The notes beneath the pieces are model-generated. The model searched no databases and was not told the DNA's origin. It worked only from the letters and a program-made list of their open reading frames with translations. A program made the position numbers and the translations under genes. A DNA stretch of 49,258 nt from positions 74,155 through 123,412 of the forward strand of contig LBVU01000001.1 in the NCBI GenBank assembly GCA_000993205.1. The letters run 5' to 3'. Below, piece after piece: positions 26,016 through 34,880 of the stretch; position 1 is the stretch's first letter, and each line of letters begins with the position of its first letter. Source of the stretch: Candidatus Woesebacteria bacterium GW2011_GWB1_39_10. Lineage in GTDB: Bacteria > Patescibacteriota > Microgenomatia > UBA8517.

Positions 26016-27814
26016 AAACACAAAAGGGACAACTTCTGGTTGAACTTCTTGTGGCGTTTGGAGTAGCTTCGGTGTTAATTCCGGCGATTATTTTTGGGTT
26101 TATATCGGCGAGCGGTGGCAGAGTCCAACAGGAACAAAGACTCAAGGCCACCGGTCTTTTGAAAGAAGGGGAAGAAGCAGTCCGAAGTTTAAGGGATATG
26201 GACTGGGTCAATGTCGCAACAAACGGAACATATTATCCTAAGGTGTCATCCTGTTCCTCTTTACCTTGTTGGGTTTGGGGAGCAGAAGTTGACGGCATAA
26301 TGGGGGACTTTACGAGAAGTGTAATTATTTCTGATGTTGCTCCGGTAGATCTATCCAAAAAAAAGATTACGGTTAGCGTCGGTTGGAATAGTATCCTACC
26401 AAGCACAATGACATCAACTTTTATATTGGCAAGGTGGAAAAATATTTCATCCTCACTCGTTTCTGCCGGAACGCTTATTAACCAAGGGAGCGGAGACTGG
26501 TGCGCGCCAACCCTGAATCTGGCTTCACTTGACCTGCCAAAAAATGGTGTAGCAAACGCAATCTCTGCAATTCAGGGCCAGATTGCGGCCGGTACCGGAG
26601 ACAACGCCTCAGGTATATCATACGCAAATGTGTCTATAACCGATCCGCCTGCTCCGGCAACTCCGTCCGCGAGTATGGTGGGTACATTCGACGGATTTAA
26701 AACAAATGATGTGTTTACCGAACAAAATTATGCTTATCTAGCAACAGACACCAACTCAAAAGAAATCGAGATAGTTGATCTTACACAGACAGATATTAAT
26801 GGCAAATATACCGAGGCGGGATATTTTAATGCTCCGGGTAACGGGAACGCCGCTTCCATCGCAGTAAGCGGAAATGTGGGCTATATGGTTGGAGGCACAA
26901 AACTTTATGATTTTGATTTAACTTCAAAATCCGGATCGCGACCCATTATTGATTCTGACGGATTAAATTTGGACGGTACAGCAAGCAGAATAGTCATTTG
27001 GGGACAAAGGGCTTACGTAACTACAAGTTCTTTGTCTGAGCAACTCACGATTATTGATATTAGCAATACTTCTGATCTTCAAGTCAAAAAAAAGGTTGCA
27101 CTTGATGCTGCCGCCGGAGCCTCCGTCTATATTAATGAAGAGGGAACTCGGGCCTATGTAGCCGCGCATTCTTCTTCCACTAAAGCTGAACTTTTTATAG
27201 TGAACACCGATGAAACATCAGCGGGGTACGGCACCGTCATAAATTCATACGATACCAATGGAATGGATCCAAAAGGGATAATAAAAGTTAACATTCCCAG
27301 ACTGGTAATTGTTGGAACCAATGGAGAGGAATACCAAGTGATTGATATAACGGACGAGACCATAAACCCTCTCCCAAGATGTGGAGGTATGCAAATAGAT
27401 ACGGGAGTAAATGGTGTTTCTACAGTTTTTGCAACTTCCCAACGAGCTTATTCTTATATAGTTACCGGGGATTCGTCGACGGAGTTGAAAATTATTGAAG
27501 GGGGCCCAGGAGGGGGCGGATCCGGCGGAGGGTTAATTGTCGAGTCCTCTCCACTCGACGCCGGTCACTCTGTGGTTTTTAACAGAATAGATATTACAAG
27601 TCTAACACCATCCGATATAACAGCTACGTATCAAATCGCAGTTTCAACCGATTGTTCAACTTACAATTACTCAGGAAATTACACAATTGCCGGGGGTCCT
27701 ATTCCAATGACCTTAAACCCGGGTCAATGTTTTAGATATAAAGTAACTTTTAGCGGGGGAAGCGGGGTGGGGACAGCGGCATCAACTACGGTTTCGGTAA
27801 ACTACAGCCCATGA
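26003..27814 (+). CDS. pilin-like N-terminus fused to an LVIVD-repeat beta-propeller and a C-terminal domain (candidate pilus-tip adhesin)
   Basis: The N-terminus reads KG|QLLVELLVAFGVASVLIPAII. It is followed by repeated ...AYVA/AYVT...L.IIDIS/IVDLT... units (LVIVD-type), a GGPGGGGSGGG linker and a tail of about 90 aa. Confidence 0.7.
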   Translation: MKNVKTQKGQLLVELLVAFGVASVLIPAIIFGFISASGGRVQQEQRLKATGLLKEGEEAVRSLRDMDWVNVATNGTYYPKVSSCSSLPCWVWGAEVDGIMGDFTRSVIISDVAPVDLSKKKITVSVGWNSILPSTMTSTFILARWKNISSSLVSAGTLINQGSGDWCAPTLNLASLDLPKNGVANAISAIQGQIAAGTGDNASGISYANVSITDPPAPATPSASMVGTFDGFKTNDVFTEQNYAYLATDTNSKEIEIVDLTQTDINGKYTEAGYFNAPGNGNAASIAVSGNVGYMVGGTKLYDFDLTSKSGSRPIIDSDGLNLDGTASRIVIWGQRAYVTTSSLSEQLTIIDISNTSDLQVKKKVALDAAAGASVYINEEGTRAYVAAHSSSTKAELFIVNTDETSAGYGTVINSYDTNGMDPKGIIKVNIPRLVIVGTNGEEYQVIDITDETINPLPRCGGMQIDTGVNGVSTVFATSQRAYSYIVTGDSSTELKIIEGGPGGGGSGGGLIVESSPLDAGHSVVFNRIDITSLTPSDITATYQIAVSTDCSTYNYSGNYTIAGGPIPMTLNPGQCFRYKVTFSGGSGVGTAASTTVSVNYSP

Positions 27815-28299
27815 AACTAAAATTAAAAATTAAAAATTATAAATCGTCACGCTTCGCGATAAAAATTCACAACGGTTTTACTGTTGTGGAACTTTTGATA
27901 TATATGGCGCTTTTAACCATTTTTCTCCTAGTTCTTTTGGACGTTTTTACCACGACATTGAATTTTAAACTTCAAAGCGAAGCAGTGAGTACCTTGAACC
28001 AAGATACAAGGTCGATTTTAGGGAATCTTAATTACAATATTTATAATTCAGGTTCAGCCACTATTATATCCAGTTCCAAATTGAGTCTAGATTCAGGGGC
28101 CAAAGTATACGAACTTTTGGGAGGTGACTTATTACTAAATTCGGTGAAGTTAAACAGTTTGGATACTAAAATCGATAATATTACTTTTACTAAAATCGGA
28201 CAAACGATCCAAATATTATTTACCTTGGAGTCGTTAATAACAACAATCGGCGGACCAAGAACCCAAACTGTAAGTACAACTTTAGGGTTAAGATACTAA
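27811..28299 (+). CDS. prepilin-type minor pilin
   Basis: ...KIHNG|FTVVELLIYMALLTIFLL. There is an ATGA overlap with the upstream gene. Confidence 0.8.
   Translation: MKLKLKIKNYKSSRFAIKIHNGFTVVELLIYMALLTIFLLVLLDVFTTTLNFKLQSEAVSTLNQDTRSILGNLNYNIYNSGSATIISSSKLSLDSGAKVYELLGGDLLLNSVKLNSLDTKIDNITFTKIGQTIQILFTLESLITTIGGPRTQTVSTTLGLRY
27814..27848 (+). repeat. heptamer array (aaactaa aattaaa aattaaa aattata aatcgtc) encoding a prepilin leader
   Basis: It encodes KLKLKIKNYKSS immediately after the ATG. Confidence 0.7.
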
Positions 28300-28304
28300 C
28301 TAAG

Positions 28305-28328
28305 AATAAGCAAATAAGCAAATAAGCA
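28305..28328. repeat. octamer array AATAAGCA x3 abutting the start codon at 28330
   Basis: Three perfect 8-nt units are followed by AATG. Confidence 0.75.
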
Positions 28329-28329
28329 A

Positions 28330-28737
28330 ATGATAAAGATAAACAGCAAACCGAAAATTTACGAGGGAGGACAGGCTCTTTTAATGCTGCTTTTCTTTGT
28401 CCTTGTGGGAATCACTGTTGCAACGGCGGCAACATTTGCCGTCGCTGCGAACTCTGAGGCCGCGACAACACAGAGCGAGGGTATTATAGCAAAAGAGATG
28501 GCGGATAGCGGAATTGAAGTCGCCATGCTTGGCATATTACGTGACAATGATAACTATACCGGCGAAACGATAACAGATCTTAATGGAGGAACGACAGTCG
28601 TGACGGTGACAGGTGGGAGTATAAAAACAATCGATTCTATTGCTACAAACGGCAGTTTTGTCAAAAAGGTTGAAGTTATCGTAACTTACAGCAATAATGT
28701 CTTAGGGATACCAACCTATTGGAAGGAGATAAATTAA
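28330..28737 (+). CDS. pilin-like / PilX-like small protein with an N-terminal hydrophobic helix
   Basis: EGGQALLMLLFFVLVGITVATAATFAVAA. It sits within the pilus operon. Confidence 0.6.
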   Translation: MIKINSKPKIYEGGQALLMLLFFVLVGITVATAATFAVAANSEAATTQSEGIIAKEMADSGIEVAMLGILRDNDNYTGETITDLNGGTTVVTVTGGSIKTIDSIATNGSFVKKVEVIVTYSNNVLGIPTYWKEIN

Positions 28738-28738
28738 T

Positions 28739-29416
28739 ATGACAGATGCCAGCGGCGAAACAATTATATTTTTGGAAAGAGATAGATTCTATTTATATAA
28801 CGGAGGAACGATTATAAATTTAAATTTTCCTGTTAATATTTTGCCGGATTTGGACGTCAAAAATAAAGACGCTCTTTTTAATCTGGTAACGGCATTCATT
28901 CAAGATAACAAGCTTCAGCCGTCTCAACTTTTTTTTGTGATCTCCGAGGCGGTTTGCTTTAGTAAGGACTTTCCGATTAAAGATCCGACAGACATTGCAA
29001 GGGTTCAGGCAAATTCACAGGCGTTTGTTGACGCGGTCCCTTTTAACTTGGTTCTGTCTAAAACTTACAAAACTCAGACAGTCTATAGAGTGGTGGCTAC
29101 TAATCAGGAATTGGTCGATGTGATAGTAGATGCTTTTATCCAAAAGGGTTTTGGTTTGACGGCAGTGGTGCCTGCCAATATTTATCCCGAGTTTGGAGCG
29201 TCGCGTGAGTTAACAGAAAAATTTGCCAAACATATTATCGATACGCGGGAAAAAGCCAAACTATCTAATATGGTGGGGGAGAAGGCGGTTCCTGAGAGCC
29301 ATGAATTATCTACTTCGGTCATCAAGGAGCCAAAAAACAAACTCCTTCCATATTTGATAGTTGGGTTTGTGGCACTTTTAACTATTTTGGTAATAGTGAT
29401 AGTGATGAGAAAGTGA
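28739..29416 (+). CDS. hypothetical pilus-operon protein with a C-terminal TM anchor
   Basis: 225 aa with LLPYLIVGFVALLTILVIVIVMRK at the C-terminus. It starts 1 nt after the upstream stop. Confidence 0.6.
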   Translation: MTDASGETIIFLERDRFYLYNGGTIINLNFPVNILPDLDVKNKDALFNLVTAFIQDNKLQPSQLFFVISEAVCFSKDFPIKDPTDIARVQANSQAFVDAVPFNLVLSKTYKTQTVYRVVATNQELVDVIVDAFIQKGFGLTAVVPANIYPEFGASRELTEKFAKHIIDTREKAKLSNMVGEKAVPESHELSTSVIKEPKNKLLPYLIVGFVALLTILVIVIVMRK

Positions 29417-29483
29417 GGGTCGGATAAATATGAACTTAAAATTGCCACTTGACACGTCAATCCAACTGTTTTAGTGTTAACTA

Positions 29484-29954
29484 ATGCTCAATATTAAGAA
29501 ATCTTCAAAGGGATTTACACTTATCGAACTTTTGGTAGTTATTGGTATTTTAGGAATTCTTCTTGCGATAGTTTTGATTGCCATTAATCCGGCACGTCAG
29601 TTTGCCCAGGCGAATAATACAGCCAGGAGAAGTGATGTAAATTCGCTTCTTAATGCTATTCACCAGTTTGCGGCTGATAATAAAGGCAAACTTCCGGCCA
29701 ATATGCCTGCAAAAGGAGATCCGGCGGAAAATATTGGTTTGACAGCTGCAGATATATGCACGGACATCTCTCCAACTTATATTGCCCAGCTCCCGACAGA
29801 TCCAACTTTGAATACGGCAGCAGTTAGCGATTGTACCGCAGCCTATGACACAGGCTATCAAGTATCGGTTGATGCTAGCGGAAGAGTTACTGTTGGAGCC
29901 TCCAGCGCGGAAGCTGTAGGAGGATCAACTCCTGTAATTTCAGTAACAAGGTAA
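29484..29954 (+). CDS. type IV major pilin (prepilin with a class III signal)
   Basis: MLNIKKSSKG|FTLIELLVVIGILGILLAIVLIAINP. It is followed by a strong terminator. Confidence 0.88.
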   Translation: MLNIKKSSKGFTLIELLVVIGILGILLAIVLIAINPARQFAQANNTARRSDVNSLLNAIHQFAADNKGKLPANMPAKGDPAENIGLTAADICTDISPTYIAQLPTDPTLNTAAVSDCTAAYDTGYQVSVDASGRVTVGASSAEAVGGSTPVISVTR

Positions 29955-29955
29955 T

Positions 29956-29996
29956 CCTTCGACTCTGGTTCGACTTCGCTCACCATCGCTCAGGAC
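29956..29996. repeat. REP-like dispersed repeat, copy B
   Basis: ccttcgactctggttcgacttcgctcaccatcgctcaggac. It has the same termini as copy A. Confidence 0.6.
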
Positions 29997-30015
29997 CGCC
30001 GAGAGGCGGTTTTTT
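29995..30015 (+). terminator. rho-independent terminator after the major pilin gene
   Basis: An ACCGCC/GGCGGT stem with a GAGA loop, followed by a run of 6 T. Confidence 0.8.
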
Positions 30016-30064
30016 AGTGGGTGGGAGGTATTGACATGCGGGATTGTGTATATTAGATTAAATA

Positions 30065-30469
30065 GTGGTCGTTAAAAAATCAAACAACTTTCAAAAATTA
30101 AGTCTTACACACCTCCTCAGTTTATCTACAATATTGCTCTTGGTAATCACTTTGATCTTTGTAGCACTGTTTGTGGTTAGTAACTATTCCTTTAATATAA
30201 ATGAAAAGGCTAGGGAATGTGAATGTGATCAGTACAATAGTTGCGGAACAGGATATAAATGCAGTAATGCTACTTGTGGAACTTGTGCTAAAACCGGGGG
30301 ATCAACTCCCACACCTCCTCCCGGTGGCGGTGGGGGTGGAGGTTCCCGATGTGTCATAGATTATGAATCGTGTGTAGTTGGACCATGTTGCAATAAAAGT
30401 TCAAAATGTAGAGTAGGCCCGAGGGGGGAGCCCCAGTGTATGCCCCAGAACCCGCCCAGACAATTATAA
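30065..30469 (+). CDS. membrane-anchored or secreted Cys-rich protein with two 6-Cys modules separated by a PPPGGGGGGGS linker
   Basis: GTG start, a TM helix, then CECDQYNSCGTGYKCSNATCGTC and CVIDYESCVVGPCCNKSSKCRVGPRGEPQC. Confidence 0.55.
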   Translation: MVVKKSNNFQKLSLTHLLSLSTILLLVITLIFVALFVVSNYSFNINEKARECECDQYNSCGTGYKCSNATCGTCAKTGGSTPTPPPGGGGGGGSRCVIDYESCVVGPCCNKSSKCRVGPRGEPQCMPQNPPRQL

Positions 30470-30491
30470 TAAACTACTACTTCAGGGGTGA

Positions 30492-31067
30492 TTAGACTTT
30501 TTTCTTTTGGTACGGATTATTTATGAGAGACTCCACAACTTTGTAGGCGACAACCGCCGCGCTTCCCCAAACGTTGAGGGAGATGTTGACTCCAAACATG
30601 GGGAGTTCAACAATAATGTCGGCGAGATCTAAAACTTCTTTTGAAATACCGGTAGTTTCGTTACCAACTATAATTGCAGTTGGAAATTGCAATTTAGTAC
30701 TTAGTACAGAGTACGGAGTACTTAGTGGAGACTGTTCAACACAAACTATTTGTACTCCTTTCTTTTTTAACACTTCTATCATTCGAATGGTTGAAGTATT
30801 GTGTTCCCATGGCACCCATTCTTCTGTTCCGACCGCGGCCTTGTGAATCCTTGAATTTGGAGGATATTCGGTGTCGCCACAAATATATATTTTTTCGGCG
30901 GCAATTGCGTCGGCCAAACGAAACATGGAACCGATATTGTAGGTGTCAATTACATTATCCAAAACGAGATAAATTGGATTCCTTTTAATGATTTTTTCCT
31001 GGTCTCCAACCGGTTTGTTTTTTCTTAACTCCTTGGAGTTCATTTTTATCATGTGCTCATTATACAT
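30492..31067 (-). CDS. SpoU/TrmH-family RNA 2'-O-methyltransferase
   Basis: YNIGSMFRLADA, IIVGNETTGIS and ELPMFGVNISLNV motifs. The start is set at MYNEH (31067) because the track start at 31130 overlaps the divergent promoter. Confidence 0.85.
   Translation of the reverse strand: MYNEHMIKMNSKELRKNKPVGDQEKIIKRNPIYLVLDNVIDTYNIGSMFRLADAIAAEKIYICGDTEYPPNSRIHKAAVGTEEWVPWEHNTSTIRMIEVLKKKGVQIVCVEQSPLSTPYSVLSTKLQFPTAIIVGNETTGISKEVLDLADIIVELPMFGVNISLNVWGSAAVVAYKVVESLINNPYQKKKV
30694..30728. repeat. NNAGTAC x5 heptamer array inside the TrmH gene, which is on the opposite strand
   Basis: ttagtac ttagtac agagtac ggagtac ttagtgg. It translates on the minus strand as STPYSVLSTK. Confidence 0.7.
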
Positions 31068-31105
31068 TTTTGGCCGTGAATTTGGCAGCATTAATCCCAA
31101 AAACA

Positions 31106-31114
31106 TGGTATAAT
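31106..31114 (+). promoter_or_regulatory. extended -10 promoter element TGGTATAAT upstream of the RRM gene
   Basis: A perfect TGnTATAAT lies 19 nt upstream of the ATG at 31134. Confidence 0.55.
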
Positions 31115-31133
31115 GGGCCTCAGTCACCAATTA

Positions 31134-31493
31134 ATGAAGAAACTATTTGTAGCAGGTATTCCTTTTACTATCACCCAAGAGGAGTTGGCGACCCTTTTTT
31201 CCCAGGCTGGGGTTGTAATTTCTGCCACAATCATAATAGATAAGTTTACCGGCAAATCCAAGGGTTTTGGTTTTGTTGAAATGGAGACGGAGGAGGAAGC
31301 CTCCAAGGCTATTCAGATACTCAACGATACCGATTTTGGAGGCAGAAAATTGGTTGTAGCCGAGGCCAGGCCTCAGGAAAAAAGAGAATTTGAACCAAGA
31401 GGGGGAGGCGACAGACGCGGTGGGTACTCCCGAGGTGGAAAAAGCGGTGGAGGGCACGGAAGCCGTGACGGACGAGGTGGAGGATATAACTAA
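31134..31493 (+). CDS. RRM-type RNA-binding protein with an RGG-rich tail
   Basis: RNP2 LFVAGI and RNP1 KGFGFVEM, with the C-terminus GGGDRRGGYSRGGKSGGGHGSRDGRGGGYN. Confidence 0.88.
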   Translation: MKKLFVAGIPFTITQEELATLFSQAGVVISATIIIDKFTGKSKGFGFVEMETEEEASKAIQILNDTDFGGRKLVVAEARPQEKREFEPRGGGDRRGGYSRGGKSGGGHGSRDGRGGGYN

Positions 31494-31751
31494 ATGACGA
31501 CGTTGAATAATCTTACAGGAAGTGTTTGCACCAGATGCGGAAAGCCCAGAGTTGTTGTGGAGTCTTATGAAGAGAAGGTGGAGACTTCGCTTGTAACTTA
31601 TACAATTACAGCTTGTTCCGACCCTGAATGTCAGAAAAAGGTAGACTTGGTACTTAAAGAAGAAAAAAGAAAGAGGTTGGCTATAAAAGATGAGCAAGAA
31701 AAAAGGGAACTTCTAAGAAAAGCCACGTTCGCTGCGCGCAAAAACGCTTAA
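31494..31751 (+). CDS. small zinc-ribbon-like protein
   Basis: CTRCGKP...CSDPECQKK (two CxxC pairs). It starts immediately after the upstream stop. Confidence 0.55.
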   Translation: MTTLNNLTGSVCTRCGKPRVVVESYEEKVETSLVTYTITACSDPECQKKVDLVLKEEKRKRLAIKDEQEKRELLRKATFAARKNA

Positions 31752-31806
31752 ATCGCTTCAAGGCTAAAATGAGGTCTTTTGGATCATTTTCCCGTATACT
31801 TAATTT

Positions 31807-32376
31807 ATGATGGTTACAAATCATAAAACTCACTGGAAATATAAGAACTTAACAGCGGTCTTCATTGGTATTGTCGTAGCCATTCTTCTCTCTAGGAATG
31901 AGTCGTTTAATTCATTTCTACTACATCTAGGTAGTTTTGGGTATATTGGAGCTTTTATCGCAGGCATACTCTTTGTTTCAACTTTTACGGTAGCAACAAG
32001 CGCTTTGGTGCTGTTGGTTCTTGCCGAAACTCTTTCTCCTATTGAAATAGGGTTGATTGCAGGGTTCGGCGCAGTTGTGGGTGACATGTTAATTTTTCGT
32101 CTGATTAAAGACAATTTGGCTTATGAGATTGAGGATATCTATAACCACATGGATAGGAAAAAGCATCTCAAAAAACTGTTTCACTCAAAATACTTTAACT
32201 GGATGTTGCCTGTGATAGGCAGCATTATCATTGCCTCCCCGCTACCCGATGAAATAGGGGTAAGTTTAATTGGTATCTCAAAAATGAATACTTTTAAATT
32301 TATCTTAATTTCCTACACCTTAAACTCTATTGGAATCTTTTTAATTGTATCGGCTTCGGTTGTCGTAAAACCGTAG
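31807..32376 (+). CDS. membrane protein (YqaA/DedA-like; weak call)
   Basis: 189 aa with about 5 TM helices. Confidence 0.55.
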   Translation: MMVTNHKTHWKYKNLTAVFIGIVVAILLSRNESFNSFLLHLGSFGYIGAFIAGILFVSTFTVATSALVLLVLAETLSPIEIGLIAGFGAVVGDMLIFRLIKDNLAYEIEDIYNHMDRKKHLKKLFHSKYFNWMLPVIGSIIIASPLPDEIGVSLIGISKMNTFKFILISYTLNSIGIFLIVSASVVVKP

Positions 32377-32404
32377 TTGAAATTGTAAAAAACCAAAGAT
32401 TCCT

Positions 32405-34846
32405 ATGTTTCCAAATGAACCCGGACTGTCTAACGAAGAAGTAAAAAGGAGACAACTCCAATATGGAGCTAATGTTTTGCCTGAAAAACCACCACCAAGC
32501 CAGTTTTCCCTCATACTTCAACAACTAAGAAATCCCTTTGTGTATGTACTTCTTGTTGCTGCCCTAGTTACGTCCATAATAGGCCATTTTTCTGATGCAT
32601 TAATTATTTTTCTGGCTGTATTTATTAACACTATCCTAGGGTTCATTCAAGAAAGCAGAGCTAATAATGCCCTTTATGCACTCAAGCATTACGTCACGAG
32701 TAAAGCAACCGTTATCAGAAATGGGCAGAGGATATCAATAAATACCTCGGATATTGTGCCCGGAGATCTCGTGGTACTGGATCAAGGAACCAAAATCTCT
32801 GCTGACGGAAAACTTACTTTCGCCAACCGTCTATATATTGACGAAGCCGTGCTTACCGGGGAAAGTCTGCCCGTTAATAAAAATAAAGACGACAGCGTAT
32901 TTATGGGTACGGTGGTTTCTTCAGGACAGGCAACCTTTTTGGTTGAAGCAATAGGGGCGACATCCAAAATGGGAACAATTGCACTGCAAATACAAGAAGA
33001 AGAGGAAGATACTCCGCTTCAAAGACAACTTAAGGGGTTTAGTAAGCAACTGGTATCAATAATTTGCGTATTAACGGTCGCGGTCTTTGTTCTCGGCCTT
33101 TTATACAAGTTCAGTTTAGTAGAGATATTCATCACCTCCGTAGCTTTAGCAGTATCAAGTATTCCTGAAGGTCTTTTAGTTTCTCTTACGGTAGTACTAG
33201 CTATTGGGATGCAAAAGATAGTAAAACACCGTGGTCTAGTAAGGAAATTATCAGCGGCTGAGACCTTGGGTGGAGTGACTGTAATTTGCGTGGATAAAAC
33301 CGGCACATTAACACAAGGCAAGATGGAAGTTGTTGATTATCTGGGTGACAAAAGACAACTTGCAGAGCAGGTACTTTTGGCCAATGACTTGGATGATCCA
33401 ATTGTCATTTCAGCTTTTGAATGGGGCAGGACTATTATTAGCGACTTTGTTTCCGAGCATTCACGTCTGGACAGTATCCCCTTCTCTTCAAAAGAACGAT
33501 TTTTCATGAGTCTTCATGAGTGGTCGGAGAAGAATAATATTCTTTTTGTTAACGGTGCCCCGGAACAGTTGCTTGGATGGACTACTCTTTCGGAAGCAGA
33601 AAAAAAGGCAGTTATCCAAAACATCAATGACCTGACCAAACAAGGAAAAAGATTGATAGGATTCGCAAAAAAAGAAGTACCATTAGGAAAAAACAGCCTG
33701 AAAACTGACGACGCTAAAGAAGGACTTACTTGGGTAGGGATATTGGCCTTTTCAGACCCTGTTCGATCTGGGGTCGAAGAATCACTAAAACTGGCTTACG
33801 AAGCGGGTATCAGAACAATCGTAATAACCGGAGATTATTCAACAACGGCTGAATTTGTTCTTACAGAGCTCGGTATGGGGGTTAAAAAAGATGAACTTCT
33901 ACTTGGAAGCGAACTTGAAAAACTAACTGTTGAAGAATTGGCTCAGAAAGTAAAATCTATTAAGCTCTTTGCCAGGACTACGCCTGATCAAAAATTAATG
34001 ATTGTTGAGGCCTTAAAAAGAAACGGTGAAATCGTTGCCATGATGGGTGACGGAGTTAACGATGCGCCAGCCCTACACAAAGCAGATATAGGTATTGTTG
34101 TTAATGAGGCAACAGACGTTGCCAAAGAGTCAGCAGATCTTGTTCTACTTGACTCTAATTTTGCAACCATTGTTGGAGCCATAGAACAAGGTCGAGCAAT
34201 GTTTGAAAACATCCGAAAAATCATTCTCTACCTTATGAGTGATGCATTTGCTGAAATTATTGTGGTAGTTGGAGGTATTGTCATGGGACTGCCTTTACCT
34301 ATAACCGCCGCCCAAATACTATGGATAAACTTAATATCAGATGGTTTTCCCGACCTTGCCTTAACCATAGACCCCCAAAGAGCCAATATTATGAAAGAAG
34401 GGCCTCGCCCTCCACAAGAAAAATTGGTAAACAGGTGGATGATTGTCCTCATTAGTCTTGTGAGTTTAACAGCAGGACTAATTGCACTTTCCTCATTCGT
34501 TATCGTCTACAAAATGACAAATGACATTGTTACAGCTCGCTCAGTTGCCTTTATTACCCTTGGCCTCAACTCCTTAGCTTACGTTTTTTCTGTTAGGTCT
34601 CTTATGACTCCGTTCTGGAAAAACCATTTATTTGAAAACAAGTGGCTAGTGGTGGCAGTTATCGCGGGACTTGGTCTCCAAGTAGTGCCGTTTATGACAC
34701 CATCTTTACGACAATTCTTTGGACTGAGCGAGCTAGATTCAATGTACTGGATAGTAGCGATCGGTTTATCGATCCTGATGTTTTTTGTGATAGAAGTGTT
34801 TAAAATGGGATATAAGCTAAATGTGGTAAAGCATTGGGTAAGGTAA
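32405..34846 (+). CDS. P2-type cation-transporting ATPase (Ca2+/Mg2+-type)
   Basis: A cation-ATPase N-terminus (LSNEEVKRRQLQYGAN), TGESLPV, the PEGL motif (SSIPEGLLV), DKTGTLTQ and [16 protein letters not shown]. Confidence 0.9.
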   Translation: MFPNEPGLSNEEVKRRQLQYGANVLPEKPPPSQFSLILQQLRNPFVYVLLVAALVTSIIGHFSDALIIFLAVFINTILGFIQESRANNALYALKHYVTSKATVIRNGQRISINTSDIVPGDLVVLDQGTKISADGKLTFANRLYIDEAVLTGESLPVNKNKDDSVFMGTVVSSGQATFLVEAIGATSKMGTIALQIQEEEEDTPLQRQLKGFSKQLVSIICVLTVAVFVLGLLYKFSLVEIFITSVALAVSSIPEGLLVSLTVVLAIGMQKIVKHRGLVRKLSAAETLGGVTVICVDKTGTLTQGKMEVVDYLGDKRQLAEQVLLANDLDDPIVISAFEWGRTIISDFVSEHSRLDSIPFSSKERFFMSLHEWSEKNNILFVNGAPEQLLGWTTLSEAEKKAVIQNINDLTKQGKRLIGFAKKEVPLGKNSLKTDDAKEGLTWVGILAFSDPVRSGVEESLKLAYEAGIRTIVITGDYSTTAEFVLTELGMGVKKDELLLGSELEKLTVEELAQKVKSIKLFARTTPDQKLMIVEALKRNGEIVAMMGDGVNDAPALHKADIGIVVNEATDVAKESADLVLLDSNFATIVGAIEQGRAMFENIRKIILYLMSDAFAEIIVVVGGIVMGLPLPITAAQILWINLISDGFPDLALTIDPQRANIMKEGPRPPQEKLVNRWMIVLISLVSLTAGLIALSSFVIVYKMTNDIVTARSVAFITLGLNSLAYVFSVRSLMTPFWKNHLFENKWLVVAVIAGLGLQVVPFMTPSLRQFFGLSELDSMYWIVAIGLSILMFFVIEVFKMGYKLNVVKHWVR

Positions 34847-34880
34847 ATCTGGACTTTTCAGAATCGAAACTTCAGCTATG

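Noticed and set aside
31143-31697. 184-aa minus-strand ORF
   Set aside because: It is antisense to the RRM gene and the zinc-ribbon gene. Its translation is dominated by the complement of the RGG-tail codons and has no motif.
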